Shown here piece after piece: positions 35,812-45,991 of a stretch of DNA of 64,000 bases. Numbering within the stretch: the first letter of the stretch is position 1; the number at the start of each line of letters is the position of its first letter. The notes under the pieces are model-generated. The model searched no databases. It was not told the DNA's origin and saw only the letters and a list, made by a program, of their open reading frames with translations. Source of the DNA: a virus; the IMG/VR virus record IMGVR_UViG_3300050821_003619, positions 1-64,000 of that record; one strand, 5' to 3'. Made by a program: the position numbers and the translations under genes.

Positions 35812-36711
35812 ATGAAGCGCACACTTCTTCTACTCAGCTTCGTCTTTGCTCTATTCACTCTGCCTGCTTCAGCTTGGAACTGCCCTACCGGTCAGATACG
35901 ACAGCAAGCACCAGCAGGCACACCGACCACCACGCCTTACTATGACGTGGTAGAAGGGATAGCATTTATTTGCGTACCAGCGACACCGATAACTCCAACA
36001 CCGAAAGACCCAAACTCGTCCGCAAGTTCAAACTCGAATGCGGCTGCATCGTCAAACAGTACAGCGACGGCAGTTTCGAACACATCCTCTATCCAAAGCC
36101 AAGGGCAGAAGCAGAGCCAAGGCCAGAACCAAACAGCTAACGGAGGGAACGCTACAGCAAGCAATAGTAATGCTAACAACGGTAATAACCTAAGCACTGC
36201 ATATAGCAGCACATACAATCAAGTGCGACAGGCACCTATGGCGTATGCTCCTGAGGTATTTAGTACGGCTGCATGCCGCGTGGGAGCTTCGGCAGGCGTA
36301 TCTGCTCCTATCGGTGGCATTAGTTTAGGTGGATCAAAGAAGGACAAGGACTGTGAGCGTGCTATCCTTGCCAGTCAATTCATTGCCCGAGGCAACTTGG
36401 TTGCTGGGTGCAAACTGCTCATGCACGTAGGTGTAGTGAAGGAGGCTCTTTCATTCGATGAGTGTATGATTGCTGTGCAGTCTAAGCCCGTGGTTATCGA
36501 GGCTCCAGTTGCACCTGTTATGCCTACAATCACTGTGAATGTGCCTGCACCAGTCATTACGCCTGTAGTGACCGTGGATAGGCAGGTAGTGGCTGAGAAG
36601 CCTACAGTGGTTACAGTTATAGTTCCCAAACCAAAGAAGCACGTATCGCATACGTGCCCGGTGACCGTTGAGCATGGAGTGAAAGTCATTCACGAAAAAG
36701 GAGAGAAGTAA
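35812..36711 (+). CDS. Exported protein with Ser/Asn/Gln-rich linker and Pro/Val-rich tail
   Basis: Signal peptide MKRTLLLLSFVFALFTLPASA. Confidence 0.65.
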   Translation: MKRTLLLLSFVFALFTLPASAWNCPTGQIRQQAPAGTPTTTPYYDVVEGIAFICVPATPITPTPKDPNSSASSNSNAAASSNSTATAVSNTSSIQSQGQKQSQGQNQTANGGNATASNSNANNGNNLSTAYSSTYNQVRQAPMAYAPEVFSTAACRVGASAGVSAPIGGISLGGSKKDKDCERAILASQFIARGNLVAGCKLLMHVGVVKEALSFDECMIAVQSKPVVIEAPVAPVMPTITVNVPAPVITPVVTVDRQVVAEKPTVVTVIVPKPKKHVSHTCPVTVEHGVKVIHEKGEK

Positions 36712-36713
36712 AC

Positions 36714-37166
36714 ATGTGCCTAAACAACATTACGAAACGATATGAACCGGCTGATCCAAAGGTTCGCAAAGCATGGAAGTATGTTAAAGTAGAAAGTGAT
36801 GGGACATTCGTGTCTATATTTCAAGGTTACTTTTATAGCACAGAGTGGAAAAAGTCGTATTGCAATTACACGATTAGTTGTACTAACGATAAGGCTAAAT
36901 CACACCATATGAGAGAGCAGTATATTCCCGGATTTCATGTGTTTCCTACTAGAGAGGAAGCACGTAAAGCAAAGAGTCTTATCGATAACAACGATGGTGG
37001 TTCCTTTTCTCATGCAGAAGGTATAAGGCTGGCACAGGTTGAAGTGCGAGGTGTTACTGTGGAAGGCACGGACGCAACCTCTAGTGAAAGTTCATACCTT
37101 GATGCCAATATTAAAACCTTGGTTGCTAAAGAGATGCGTATCATCAAGATTGTGAAGAAAGGATAA
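36714..37166 (+). CDS. Hypothetical protein (PGFHVF motif)
   Basis: Packed ORF. Confidence 0.6.
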   Translation: MCLNNITKRYEPADPKVRKAWKYVKVESDGTFVSIFQGYFYSTEWKKSYCNYTISCTNDKAKSHHMREQYIPGFHVFPTREEARKAKSLIDNNDGGSFSHAEGIRLAQVEVRGVTVEGTDATSSESSYLDANIKTLVAKEMRIIKIVKKG

Positions 37167-37169
37167 CTA

Positions 37170-37730
37170 ATGAAAAAGCTTAAAAAGAATACAATCAAAT
37201 TGCTGCGTAAGATTCAACAGCAGATCATGGCAGAACCCAAGCGGATAGATATGCATGATTTTGTTGAGGTGTTCGCACCTGAAGTCAAAATCAACTTGCA
37301 AGGGACCGAAGGTTCTCCCGAAGGTTTGCCTATTCCACCTTGTGGGACTCAGGCATGCGTTGCAGGTTGGGCTTGCCTGATTGGTGACCCCAATCTTGAA
37401 AAAGAATTAAAAAGAGTTCTAGTTGAAGATTCTATAACTTTCGTTAATGAACGTCACTTGGCCCTAGAGGAAACCATCCAAGACAAAGCTGTAAAGATTT
37501 TGGGAATCACTGAAGCACAAGGTGTACGCTTGTTCTTCTTCAAGGACTGGGGAAACTTCGAGGAAGACGAGTTTGGATACACGTTACACGATAAGAACTT
37601 TGAGCCCATTGAAGCAGGATGGCCCGAGAAGTTTTCGAAGCGTTACGAAAAATCTAAGACAGCTAAAGGCCGCGCCAAAGCAACATTTGATCGTATCGAG
37701 CACTTTATCGCTACGAATGGCGCTGAGTAA
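37170..37730 (+). CDS. Hypothetical protein (CGTQACVAGWA motif)
   Basis: Packed ORF. Confidence 0.65.
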   Translation: MKKLKKNTIKLLRKIQQQIMAEPKRIDMHDFVEVFAPEVKINLQGTEGSPEGLPIPPCGTQACVAGWACLIGDPNLEKELKRVLVEDSITFVNERHLALEETIQDKAVKILGITEAQGVRLFFFKDWGNFEEDEFGYTLHDKNFEPIEAGWPEKFSKRYEKSKTAKGRAKATFDRIEHFIATNGAE

Positions 37731-37736
37731 TTACTA

Positions 37737-37844
37737 GCGCAGGATGTGGTGTCCTGCGTACGTCACAGCGAATAAGTATGCTTGCCGACCTAGGCGGCGA
37801 TACCGAGCAGAAGAAGTAACTGTGACGCATGGAGGACACCAATG
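37737..37844 (+). promoter_or_regulatory. SD-switch element D
   Basis: GCGCAGGA-UGUGGUG-UCCUGCGU; CGUCACAG/CUGUGACG; GGAGGACACCA-AUG. Confidence 0.62.
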
Positions 37845-38131
37845 AGACCACGCTACAAACCGCAGCCCGTCGATATTGCATGGGCCAGACAAGTGCTGGC
37901 TACTGTAGCCGATGGCGGGACAGTTGTTTACCCGAGAACCAATATGCACTATATGGTGTCTCACTCACCTTTAACAAAATGATCTTGCTCAACACAAACA
38001 TACTCGATGAACGCTTTGACAGCTTCGTAATACACTGTCAGACCATCGATACGTTTAAGGTCCTAGGCTACAAGGTGCTACCTGACCTTGATGATGACAC
38101 TAACGGAGAAGGAGGGCTGAAGACTCAATGA
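37842..38131 (+). pseudogene. Hypothetical gene with apparent 2-nt frameshift at ~37965
   Basis: MRPRYKPQPVDIAWARQ...MVSH joins TFNKMILLN... if a TC duplication is removed. Confidence 0.5.
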
Positions 38132-38370
38132 CTAAATATAGATCGTTAACAGAGATAGCCGTTGAGATACTGAACGACTGGAAGGAACCATACTTCGGTG
38201 CCGTGCCGTATATCTTAGCTATGATCCAATTAGATAGTATCGATGAGAACTTCGGCGCTGACTCTGGCTTAAGCATAGTGCTTTATTTTCTTTCCAACGC
38301 TAACACTTGGAAGGGTGAGACAGCACGTAGGATCAAAGCCGAGCTACGGGACATGGTGAAGGGTAAGTGA
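38128..38370 (+). CDS. Early hypothetical protein
   Basis: GGAGG RBS, coupled. Confidence 0.65.
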   Translation: MTKYRSLTEIAVEILNDWKEPYFGAVPYILAMIQLDSIDENFGADSGLSIVLYFLSNANTWKGETARRIKAELRDMVKGK

Positions 38371-38395
38371 CTATGGTACCTAATCCTAATGTCTA

Positions 38396-38480
38396 GTAAC
38401 GTTACGTCACCTGTTACCGGGGTCATGTTACGTTACCATGACCGGCGTTACTTGCGTGGCTCTGCCTCTGCCTGTAGAAT
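38396..38480 (+). promoter_or_regulatory. GTTAC/GTAAC repeat cluster and promoter
   Basis: About six GTTAC/GTAAC units; TTGCGT-N17-TAGAAT. Confidence 0.5.
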
Positions 38481-38523
38481 GTGTATGTAGGCTGAGGTTA
38501 AGGCCACACAAGGAGAGTCACAC

Positions 38524-38706
38524 ATGTTGCTAGACGTTGAACAGATAACGGTTTCGTTGGTGGGAGACACTTCGCGCACGCTGAACACGTACGCTCACGG
38601 CACCAACCAAACGTTGCAGGATGTGGTTAACGAGGCTCTGGCTGATTGGGCCGACACCGTTGCTGCGGCACGGCTGGAGTCCTTCAGCATACACCGTATT
38701 AAATAA
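38524..38706 (+). CDS. Small putative ribbon-helix-helix regulator
   Basis: QITVSL beta strand, then TLQDVVNEALADW helix. Confidence 0.5.
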   Translation: MLLDVEQITVSLVGDTSRTLNTYAHGTNQTLQDVVNEALADWADTVAAARLESFSIHRIK

Positions 38707-38777
38707 GTTAACATTCAGGTTCCGTGGTAGGTCCTGAATTTCTCCTATCTGATTGATTCTAAAGGTAACTTCTGTTG

Positions 38778-38806
38778 TTGACTTGGTAACCCATCCATGG
38801 TAGCAT
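38778..38806 (+). promoter_or_regulatory. Sigma70-type promoter with overlapping GGTAAC
   Basis: TTGACT-N17-TAGCAT, extended TG. Confidence 0.55.
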
Positions 38807-38857
38807 GGTCTTGTTGCTGGTACCGCCTAAGGTGCCATTGCACAAGGAGAAACTACC

Positions 38858-39673
38858 ATGCCGCGAGGTCAATACGTACGTAAGACTCGTATCCAACCCA
38901 CAGTTGTCGAGCAGCCAGTAGAAACTGATTTGCTGGTAGCTGATACCGATGACGTAAACGATCTAGTACCCGCTGAGGCATTCGTTAGTATGCCGGGGTG
39001 GGACAAACTAGATGAAACTGAACAGAGCACTGTGCTTTCTGAAGGTCATGGTCTAGCCCATGAGTTACTTGTTCATGGGACAAGCCGCATGGCGATTGGA
39101 GCACATCTCTACAAGCTTCGAAACGTGCTCACACCTCATGGTCTGTACGGTCGCTTCTTGAAGTATTTCCACTTCAGCAAGCGTACAGCAGACCGATATG
39201 TTGCAGGTTATGAGAACGCCAACAAGCTTTTGCCCGAGCCTATTGTGCGAGCAGCGATGGCACGAGGCATTAACATCATTGGAGACACAGCAATGAAGCC
39301 GCTAGGTATCTATACCGGTGCGGTTAAGAAGCTGCCGCCACCCAAGAACCCGGATACTGTCCAAGCCAATACGTGGTTGAATCAGATCGAGCAGGTACGC
39401 AAGGATGAGCGCCAAGCGGCACCTGCCGGGATCATATCTATAGAGCCTATCGATGCACAGATGGCCCTGAAGGAATGCTTCAGGTTCATCAACACTCGAT
39501 ACAAGAGGCTCCCCAACAACAGCAAGACGCGCAGTGCATTTGTGCGTAGCTTAGTTGGTATGATTCTGAGTGAGCTTGGGGTAGCTGGCCCACAGACCTT
39601 CACACCGACAGCGGTGCCTGAGGATTTCCGAGCGCAACGAGGCAGGCCTCGGGAGCAAGCAGCCATAGCCTAA
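38858..39673 (+). CDS. Hypothetical protein, probably DNA-binding
   Basis: AAGGAG RBS; IG.HL..LR..L.PHG...F..FS.RTA.RY pattern; AT-hook-like RGRPR. Confidence 0.6.
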   Translation: MPRGQYVRKTRIQPTVVEQPVETDLLVADTDDVNDLVPAEAFVSMPGWDKLDETEQSTVLSEGHGLAHELLVHGTSRMAIGAHLYKLRNVLTPHGLYGRFLKYFHFSKRTADRYVAGYENANKLLPEPIVRAAMARGINIIGDTAMKPLGIYTGAVKKLPPPKNPDTVQANTWLNQIEQVRKDERQAAPAGIISIEPIDAQMALKECFRFINTRYKRLPNNSKTRSAFVRSLVGMILSELGVAGPQTFTPTAVPEDFRAQRGRPREQAAIA

Positions 39674-39918
39674 TCTCTAAAGCCAAGTTGGAGGACTGCA
39701 ACCACAGTCCTCCTTTACTTGCGCCTGAAAGGAGAGCATATGTCGAAGGACGAAGTAGTCACTGCTGCTCAACTCTATGGTGAGCACCATGACAACTGTC
39801 CCATCTGCAAAAAGAACAGCATAAGTCTTTGCAAGGAAGGCCGTATACTCATGGAAAACTTCTATGCGACCTTGCAAAACACGCTGAATAAGGGTTCGCC
39901 CAGAAAGGAGAACCACAA

Positions 39919-40113
39919 ATGAACATTCCTCCTCTGCCTAATGGAAAGGAGATCATCAAAAAGCGTATTCACAATTTGACAGGTACCATGACTAACATTC
40001 TCGGCTACCTTGAATTAGAAGAATACGAAAAGGTTGTCAAGTGGGTGAAAGAAGCCGTAAAGGAGCTTGACCAGTTAGCGAAGGCCATTGAAGTTCACAT
40101 CATCAAGCACTGA
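39919..40113 (+). CDS. Small protein resembling a HisKA dimerisation helix pair
   Basis: IHNLTGTMTNILGYLEL. Confidence 0.45.
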   Translation: MNIPPLPNGKEIIKKRIHNLTGTMTNILGYLELEEYEKVVKWVKEAVKELDQLAKAIEVHIIKH

Positions 40114-40479
40114 AGGAGACTTTCTGTGAACCCCAAGCACAGATTGACTGATTCATCAGTCTAACCTTGTATAGATGTTTATTAGCGATTCTGCTATACA
40201 AGGATTCCACCCCCGCTCAGAATCCTAACCATACCATTTGCCGAATGCAGACTACGGGCAAATGTTAATGGCTATATTCTCTGTAACCACACAGATGTCT
40301 GTTGAATTAAATAACCGCAGTAGAAAGTGGGCCATGTGGTAAGCAAAAGTAATTCCCAGTCAGTTCGTCTCGCATAGAGCGCGAGTTTGACCCTTTGGTT
40401 AGGCAATCAAACTCGCGCTTTATTGTGTCTTGCGTACGGTATTGCTTCCCTCGTTGTTTCGTACGGAGGACACTGAGTT

Positions 40480-40900
40480 ATGAAACATACGCCACAGTAT
40501 GTACACGATTATTACTTTACCAACATCAATCCTGAAACACTCAAAAAGAGAATCAAAAACGCACAACTAATACTCAAAGGTTTGAAGTTTGATGCCATTG
40601 CTTTCTCTGGCATGAGCGGGGCTCTGTTGGGTCCTCCATTGGCTCTCAAGATGGGCAAATCTTTGATTATGGTTAGAAAACCACACAGCGGTAGCCATTC
40701 CAGAAAGCGCGTAGAAGGAGACATGGCTGCTCATACGTATATCATCGTGGATGACTTTCAAGATACCGGCAAGACTGCACGCTACATTAAAGAATCAGTA
40801 GCTGAATTTTCATCTGAAGCAAAGCTGCTGGGAAGTATTTGAAATGAATCGGATGCATCTGTATAGAGGTTCACCATTAAAGTTGTCGGAGGTAAAATGA
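40480..40900 (+). CDS. Phosphoribosyltransferase-fold protein (3' end probably frameshifted at ~40834)
   Basis: PRPP-binding loop IIVDDFQDTGKT; MVRK loop. Confidence 0.75.
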
Positions 40901-41310
40901 TCAATGAATCAGATGCTAGACGTACATGGAACGGCTGGACTGAAATCCAGCGACGGGCGTTTTTAGAAGGCTACGAATTCAACACCAGCATAGCGCGGTA
41001 TTCATGGCCTATGCTTCCCTACCCAGTTCAGCAGCTAATGATGCAGGATAAGCACTCTGTAACCCGTGGGCCGATCATCGGCAAATGCGCGAAGTGTGGC
41101 AACGTATACGCATTGGATACTGAGGAGATCGTATGCCCACAATGTGAATTCAAAGGTGTACTGTGGGCATATGAGGGTAACCCGGCTGACCCTGAGGATG
41201 AAACACTAGAGTACATGCGCGACCAGCTAGGTACACCAGAGCTTTCAGAAGGTGACAAACTAGATATAACCGAGCTTAAACGTATTTATGAATTAGAGGA
41301 CCCACGATGA
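40897..41310 (+). CDS. Hypothetical protein with Zn ribbon
   Basis: CAKC...CPQC. Confidence 0.6.
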   Translation: MINESDARRTWNGWTEIQRRAFLEGYEFNTSIARYSWPMLPYPVQQLMMQDKHSVTRGPIIGKCAKCGNVYALDTEEIVCPQCEFKGVLWAYEGNPADPEDETLEYMRDQLGTPELSEGDKLDITELKRIYELEDPR

Positions 41311-41395
41311 CACGAAGGAATGTGCATGTTTGGCTGTGGTGGTTAGGTAAATGCGTTTGCGGCAGATTCAATTGCAGAGAAAAAGGGAGGATCAA

Positions 41396-41779
41396 ATGAA
41401 ACTCGTTATTGACCGTAAAACATGGAGACGTGGCCCACAAGATGAGCAAATTAAGTTAGACGATCCTACAGCTTTGCTTTGCAAAGATGGGGCTAAATGT
41501 TGCTTGGGTTTCTATGCTCTTCAGTGCGGATTAACGAAAGAGCAAATATACGGCATAGGCGAACCTGGACAAATTCCTATGAACGAAGATGATGCAGATT
41601 CTTACTGGCTCAAATTGGTTAAATTCTATGATGATGATTATACTTCTGGTTTGGCTAACACTAGCCTAGCTGCTGAAGCTATGGACATCAACGATGATCC
41701 TAATCTCACAGAAGAAGAACGAGAACAAAAACTTATAAAGATATTCTCCAAGAAAGACATTGAGGTGAAATTCGTATGA
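41396..41779 (+). CDS. Hypothetical protein (CCLG motif)
   Basis: GGAGG RBS. Confidence 0.6.
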   Translation: MKLVIDRKTWRRGPQDEQIKLDDPTALLCKDGAKCCLGFYALQCGLTKEQIYGIGEPGQIPMNEDDADSYWLKLVKFYDDDYTSGLANTSLAAEAMDINDDPNLTEEEREQKLIKIFSKKDIEVKFV

Positions 41780-42121
41780 AACCTGATGGAATCACAAAGA
41801 AGACCAAAGATAATTCTAAGAAGCGCCCATACGAACGCGAACAGTGGCAGAAGAAAAAGAGCGAGGGCCGTCCCAAGCAGCAATTCATTAATGGGCAGTG
41901 GGAGAAGATTCCACAATGAGGTGGAGATGGCTAAAACAACTGGTCTGTCCGCATGAAGACGTAGCTATACGCACGGATGGATCGCGCCTATACGTTAGCT
42001 GTCTCAGGTGTGGCAAGCCGAGTCCCGGCATAACCACGGGGGGCTTCAAGTACGGCCACAAGGCAGTCAAAGACCGATCAATACTGGTAATGAAATCATT
42101 TAGACCTAGGAGAATTAAACG

Positions 42122-42448
42122 ATGATTATCTCAACACGTACGTTCTATTTGCGCGACAAGCGGAATTTCCCTATCGCCACAGTTGCCACTGAGTTGAGCG
42201 AGCTTGGTGGGGTTTTCTATGGTATTACATCTTGGAATCCCAAGGATGTATTCGACAAAGCATTGTCTCGGGAGATTGCTATTGGACGCCTTGAGGTAAA
42301 CCCGAGCTATCTGCCCGTGCATGAGAACTTCAAGCGTGCAGTTATTACGGACATTGCCAATCGCCGGGATTTGCCTAAGCGTACGCGTGAAGCGGCTCAA
42401 CGTTGGCTCGATGCTCCACGTACGGAATTCATGGAGGGACCTCTGTGA
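42122..42448 (+). CDS. Hypothetical protein
   Basis: AGGAG RBS. Confidence 0.6.
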   Translation: MIISTRTFYLRDKRNFPIATVATELSELGGVFYGITSWNPKDVFDKALSREIAIGRLEVNPSYLPVHENFKRAVITDIANRRDLPKRTREAAQRWLDAPRTEFMEGPL

Positions 42449-42524
42449 TTGAAAAGGAAGAGTACGATTTTGAAGATGATGATGAGGAAGACTTTGAAAG
42501 TGAAGACGAAGAAATCAATTGAAT

Positions 42525-42553
42525 TTGACAAATTGACATATTCGTGATAGAAT
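42525..42553 (+). promoter_or_regulatory. Sigma70-type promoter
   Basis: TTGACA-N17-TAGAAT, extended TG. Confidence 0.7.
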
Positions 42554-42817
42554 GATTAATCATCTAAATTCAGGTCCGGTTCAGAAAGGACGCTTATTGA
42601 AGTTCCTAAAAGTAGTAACTATATTTGCCACATTCCCAGAGTTTAAATCGGGAGCCATGTATCAACGCGGCAAGGGCAAAGCGTCTACATTACGCGCAGC
42701 CAGCGCAAGAGCCTTGGGCGATCTGCTCAAACAACCTAAAGTAAAAGGCAAGCGGTTTAGCACATTCACAGCGACGGTTTCCATCGGCAAGGAAGCTGTT
42801 GAGGAAGGAGGTGCCGA

Positions 42818-43312
42818 ATGAAAATGTACTTGATAGGCAGTGAGTTCGATGGGTACTGCAAGATTGGCAAATCAGAATACTCAGAGCTAAGAGCACAAGC
42901 CCTAGATCGACCTAAGCTTCCTTTCCCAATAAAAGTCTTAGCAGAGTTCGATGCTCAAGGAGAAGCCGATAGAGTTGAAAAAGAACTCCATGCCTATTTT
43001 GAGCATAAGACGGCCAGAGGCGAATGGTTCACGTACATACGACCAGAGATTTTTCTGAGGAAAGCTGAGCAATTCACAGGCCCAAATCCAAAACCGGGAC
43101 GAACAGAGTTTCCTTTGACTAGAAAGGGAGGCATAGGATTTGAAAAATGGGTAGAACAAATGGAAAAGGATTGGAAACTGAAATCTGCAGAAGAGAAAGA
43201 GCAAATATACAAGGGATTAGACGCTTTAGAACTGGAGCGTAAAACTCTGAAAGCGGAAAGGATAAGAAATGCGCGTCAAGCTAGAAAACATACTGCCCAA
43301 CCCGTTTCGTGA
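42818..43312 (+). CDS. GIY-YIG/T5orf172-type endonuclease
   Basis: YLI..CKIGKS..R..L...VEKELH..F....GEWF. Confidence 0.8.
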   Translation: MKMYLIGSEFDGYCKIGKSEYSELRAQALDRPKLPFPIKVLAEFDAQGEADRVEKELHAYFEHKTARGEWFTYIRPEIFLRKAEQFTGPNPKPGRTEFPLTRKGGIGFEKWVEQMEKDWKLKSAEEKEQIYKGLDALELERKTLKAERIRNARQARKHTAQPVS

Positions 43313-44759
43313 TCTTGAAAGAAATCCTTTGGTACCAATTAAAATCGAAGAATTACGAGCTTCTATTCGGCAGACTGGCTACTGGGACAACGTAGTTGTT
43401 CGTCAAAGAAAAGATGGAAAATTTGAACTGGCCTACGGTCACCACCGTTTAGAGGCTGCAAAATTGGAAGGTATAACAGAAGCCGATTTCATTGTGAAAG
43501 ATTTTGATGACGCCACCATGATTAAGGTCATGAGTGCCGAAAACAATGATGCATATGGTTATACAATTTTGTCTTTAATTGAAGTGGTGCGAGCAGCCGT
43601 AAATGCTCTGGCTGATGGACGTATTCCTACTTTTGAAATACCAAAAGACACCAAAAAAGAATACATTCGTTATGCTCCCTCATTCTCTTCAGGAGGTAAA
43701 GCACCTGCCGCAAACTTTGCGGCACGTCCTTATACTGCGGTTGCCTTGGCTGATTTTTTGGGGTACACTAGAAAAGATGGACGTGGAAGAATTCAGGCAG
43801 ACACCAACATTCAAGCTGCATTAAGAGCCTTAGAATTAATACAAGAAGGTGTCTACACAGAAAATACTTTGAAAGATTGGAAAGTAGCCCAGCTTTTAAA
43901 GAACACTCAAGACCGCTGGGACATGCTCCAGAGACAAAGGGAGCAGGCAGCAAAGAAAAAAGAAGACGAGGCTGAACGCCTGCGTATCGAGCAAAGACGT
44001 AAAGCAGAACAGGAGGAACGAGAGGCCATTATAGAGGAGTCTCGAAAAAAGAAAGCAGAAGCTGAGCGTAAACGACGCGAAGCCGAAGCTGCTGAGAATG
44101 CCAAGGCTGTGGCTCAAGCCGAAGAGCGTCGAGCAAAGCTTGAGGAAGAAGAAAAACTCCGCTTATTGAAAGCCCACAAAACTGCTGTAAGAAAAGCCCT
44201 CGATAAATACACCTCTGCCATATCTGTTACGGAAGGTGTAGCTATCGAGAAGGCAGTTAAACAGGCTGAGGAAATACTGGAGTCAAAAGACAGCACGGCT
44301 GCAGTTAAACTCACTGAACAACTCTCAACTCTCTCACGAAAAGTAACAGATAAATATCTTGAACAACAAAAAGTTGAGCAAGAGAGTGCCGAGCGTGAAC
44401 GCAAAGAACTAGCGGTACGCAACATGGTCAAAGCACTCTACCAAAAGATTGAACGCATAATGTCAGAAGAGGACCCATTGCGTGAAGTCATTAAGAGTGC
44501 GGCACGCAACCCTGAAGTTAACCTTAAGGAACGTGATCTACTCCATAGAGCCATGAAGGACGCTGCTGAAAGAGTGAATCAGTGGGCAGGTAAGTTTGCC
44601 AAAGCCGGTAAAGTGGATGTTCTGGCTGAAGCATACAAAAAAGAAGATGCCAAGCGTAAACTCGATGTCAAGGAAGAAGAGGTGCCGGTCATCGAGAAGG
44701 AAATAACCACCAAAAAAGCCTCCGCAGTCAAACCTAAAGAGAAGAAAGGAAAGAAATGA
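43269..44759 (+). CDS. ParB-like N-terminal domain protein with long coiled coil
   Basis: PNPF, IEELRASI, LAYGHHRLEA, AEN. Confidence 0.8.
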   Translation: MRVKLENILPNPFRDLERNPLVPIKIEELRASIRQTGYWDNVVVRQRKDGKFELAYGHHRLEAAKLEGITEADFIVKDFDDATMIKVMSAENNDAYGYTILSLIEVVRAAVNALADGRIPTFEIPKDTKKEYIRYAPSFSSGGKAPAANFAARPYTAVALADFLGYTRKDGRGRIQADTNIQAALRALELIQEGVYTENTLKDWKVAQLLKNTQDRWDMLQRQREQAAKKKEDEAERLRIEQRRKAEQEEREAIIEESRKKKAEAERKRREAEAAENAKAVAQAEERRAKLEEEEKLRLLKAHKTAVRKALDKYTSAISVTEGVAIEKAVKQAEEILESKDSTAAVKLTEQLSTLSRKVTDKYLEQQKVEQESAERERKELAVRNMVKALYQKIERIMSEEDPLREVIKSAARNPEVNLKERDLLHRAMKDAAERVNQWAGKFAKAGKVDVLAEAYKKEDAKRKLDVKEEEVPVIEKEITTKKASAVKPKEKKGKK

Positions 44760-45538
44760 AGCTTGACCTTTTAACTTTACATAACGACGATATGGGCTCA
44801 GTGGTGGGAGACTTCCATGGTACTCCCATCAAGGCCTACTATCCTGAAACTGCGGAGGCTCGTTCATATCTGTACCTGTACGAGATTACGCGACGTTCCA
44901 TGGAGAAAGAAAAGGAACGCCATGCACACAACGGATGACTCAGGATTGATAGTGCGAGTTGCTGATATGGCAGAAGGGCTAAAAGGCTTTGAAGCTTTGG
45001 ACCCAGACCTAGAATTAAGTGAAGTGAAAGCCATTAATGAAGCAAGAGACGCACGTTTATTGCAGTTGCTTGTAGACCGTCCTGATTTATATGAAGCACG
45101 TAGGGCTTACATTTTGAAGGAGGACACACCTTCGTAATGTACCCATATAGAGACGAACAACAGCAAGCAGCGTTAGAACACTTGGCACATGGACCGTATG
45201 CCAGCGACGATAAACCGTACCTTTCAACTCAAAGATATTCTTTGTCTGGCTACGAACCGCACAACATCGCGGATAAACAGGCAGTCGATGCTCAGGGTGT
45301 AATTGAAAATTGGATTTGGTATAATACTTTGTATCGTATGAAAGTTGGAGGTTAGGATTGCCTATTGAAAACCAGAAAGACCTTGTGACCCGTCAAAGGG
45401 AAATGAAAGCACGCATGAAAGAACTGAGAAAAGCTGATCCTGACAAATGGCGTAAACAGGAATTAGCTGATGCACGTATTCTAGATGCTAATTTTCCCAA
45501 AGACAATGCAGGCCACAGGAGAAGTGCCGACCGCCAAT

Positions 45539-45991
45539 ATGCCTAAAGTACTTACTGCACCCGAGATGAAGGCACGCTTGTTCAAAAGATTTTGGAATAA
45601 GGTGCTTCTCGGGGATGAATGCTGGGAATGGCAAGGCTCCATAAACAACATGGGCTATGGAAAAATACAAGTACGTATGGACGACGGTTATCATGCAGTG
45701 TATGCTCATAGAGTATCTTGGTTTCTTGCTACAGGAGAATGGCCCACAGAACAAGTTTTGCATCGATGTGACAATACTAGATGTGTTCGCCATGGACATC
45801 ATTTTCAGGGAACACAAAAAGACAACATGCAGGATGCCTCAGAAAAAGGCAGAACCAGTGGAGGTGGAGCAAATAAAACTCACTGTAAACGTGGCCACAA
45901 TTTAGACAATGCCTATTTAAATGGAGGCAAAAGACACTGTAGAATATGTCGTAGAGATTATAAAAAGCTTAGGAGAATGAGTGAGTCTTGA
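45539..45991 (+). CDS. HNH endonuclease
   Basis: CWEWQG, YAHRVSW, VLHRCDN..C, THCKRGH. Confidence 0.88.
   Translation: MPKVLTAPEMKARLFKRFWNKVLLGDECWEWQGSINNMGYGKIQVRMDDGYHAVYAHRVSWFLATGEWPTEQVLHRCDNTRCVRHGHHFQGTQKDNMQDASEKGRTSGGGANKTHCKRGHNLDNAYLNGGKRHCRICRRDYKKLRRMSES

Noticed and set aside
37811-37824. Sixth Y-like RNA (GAAGTAACTGTG match)
   Set aside because: Lacks the GGAACA and TACGCC flanks; it is part of switch D hairpin P2.
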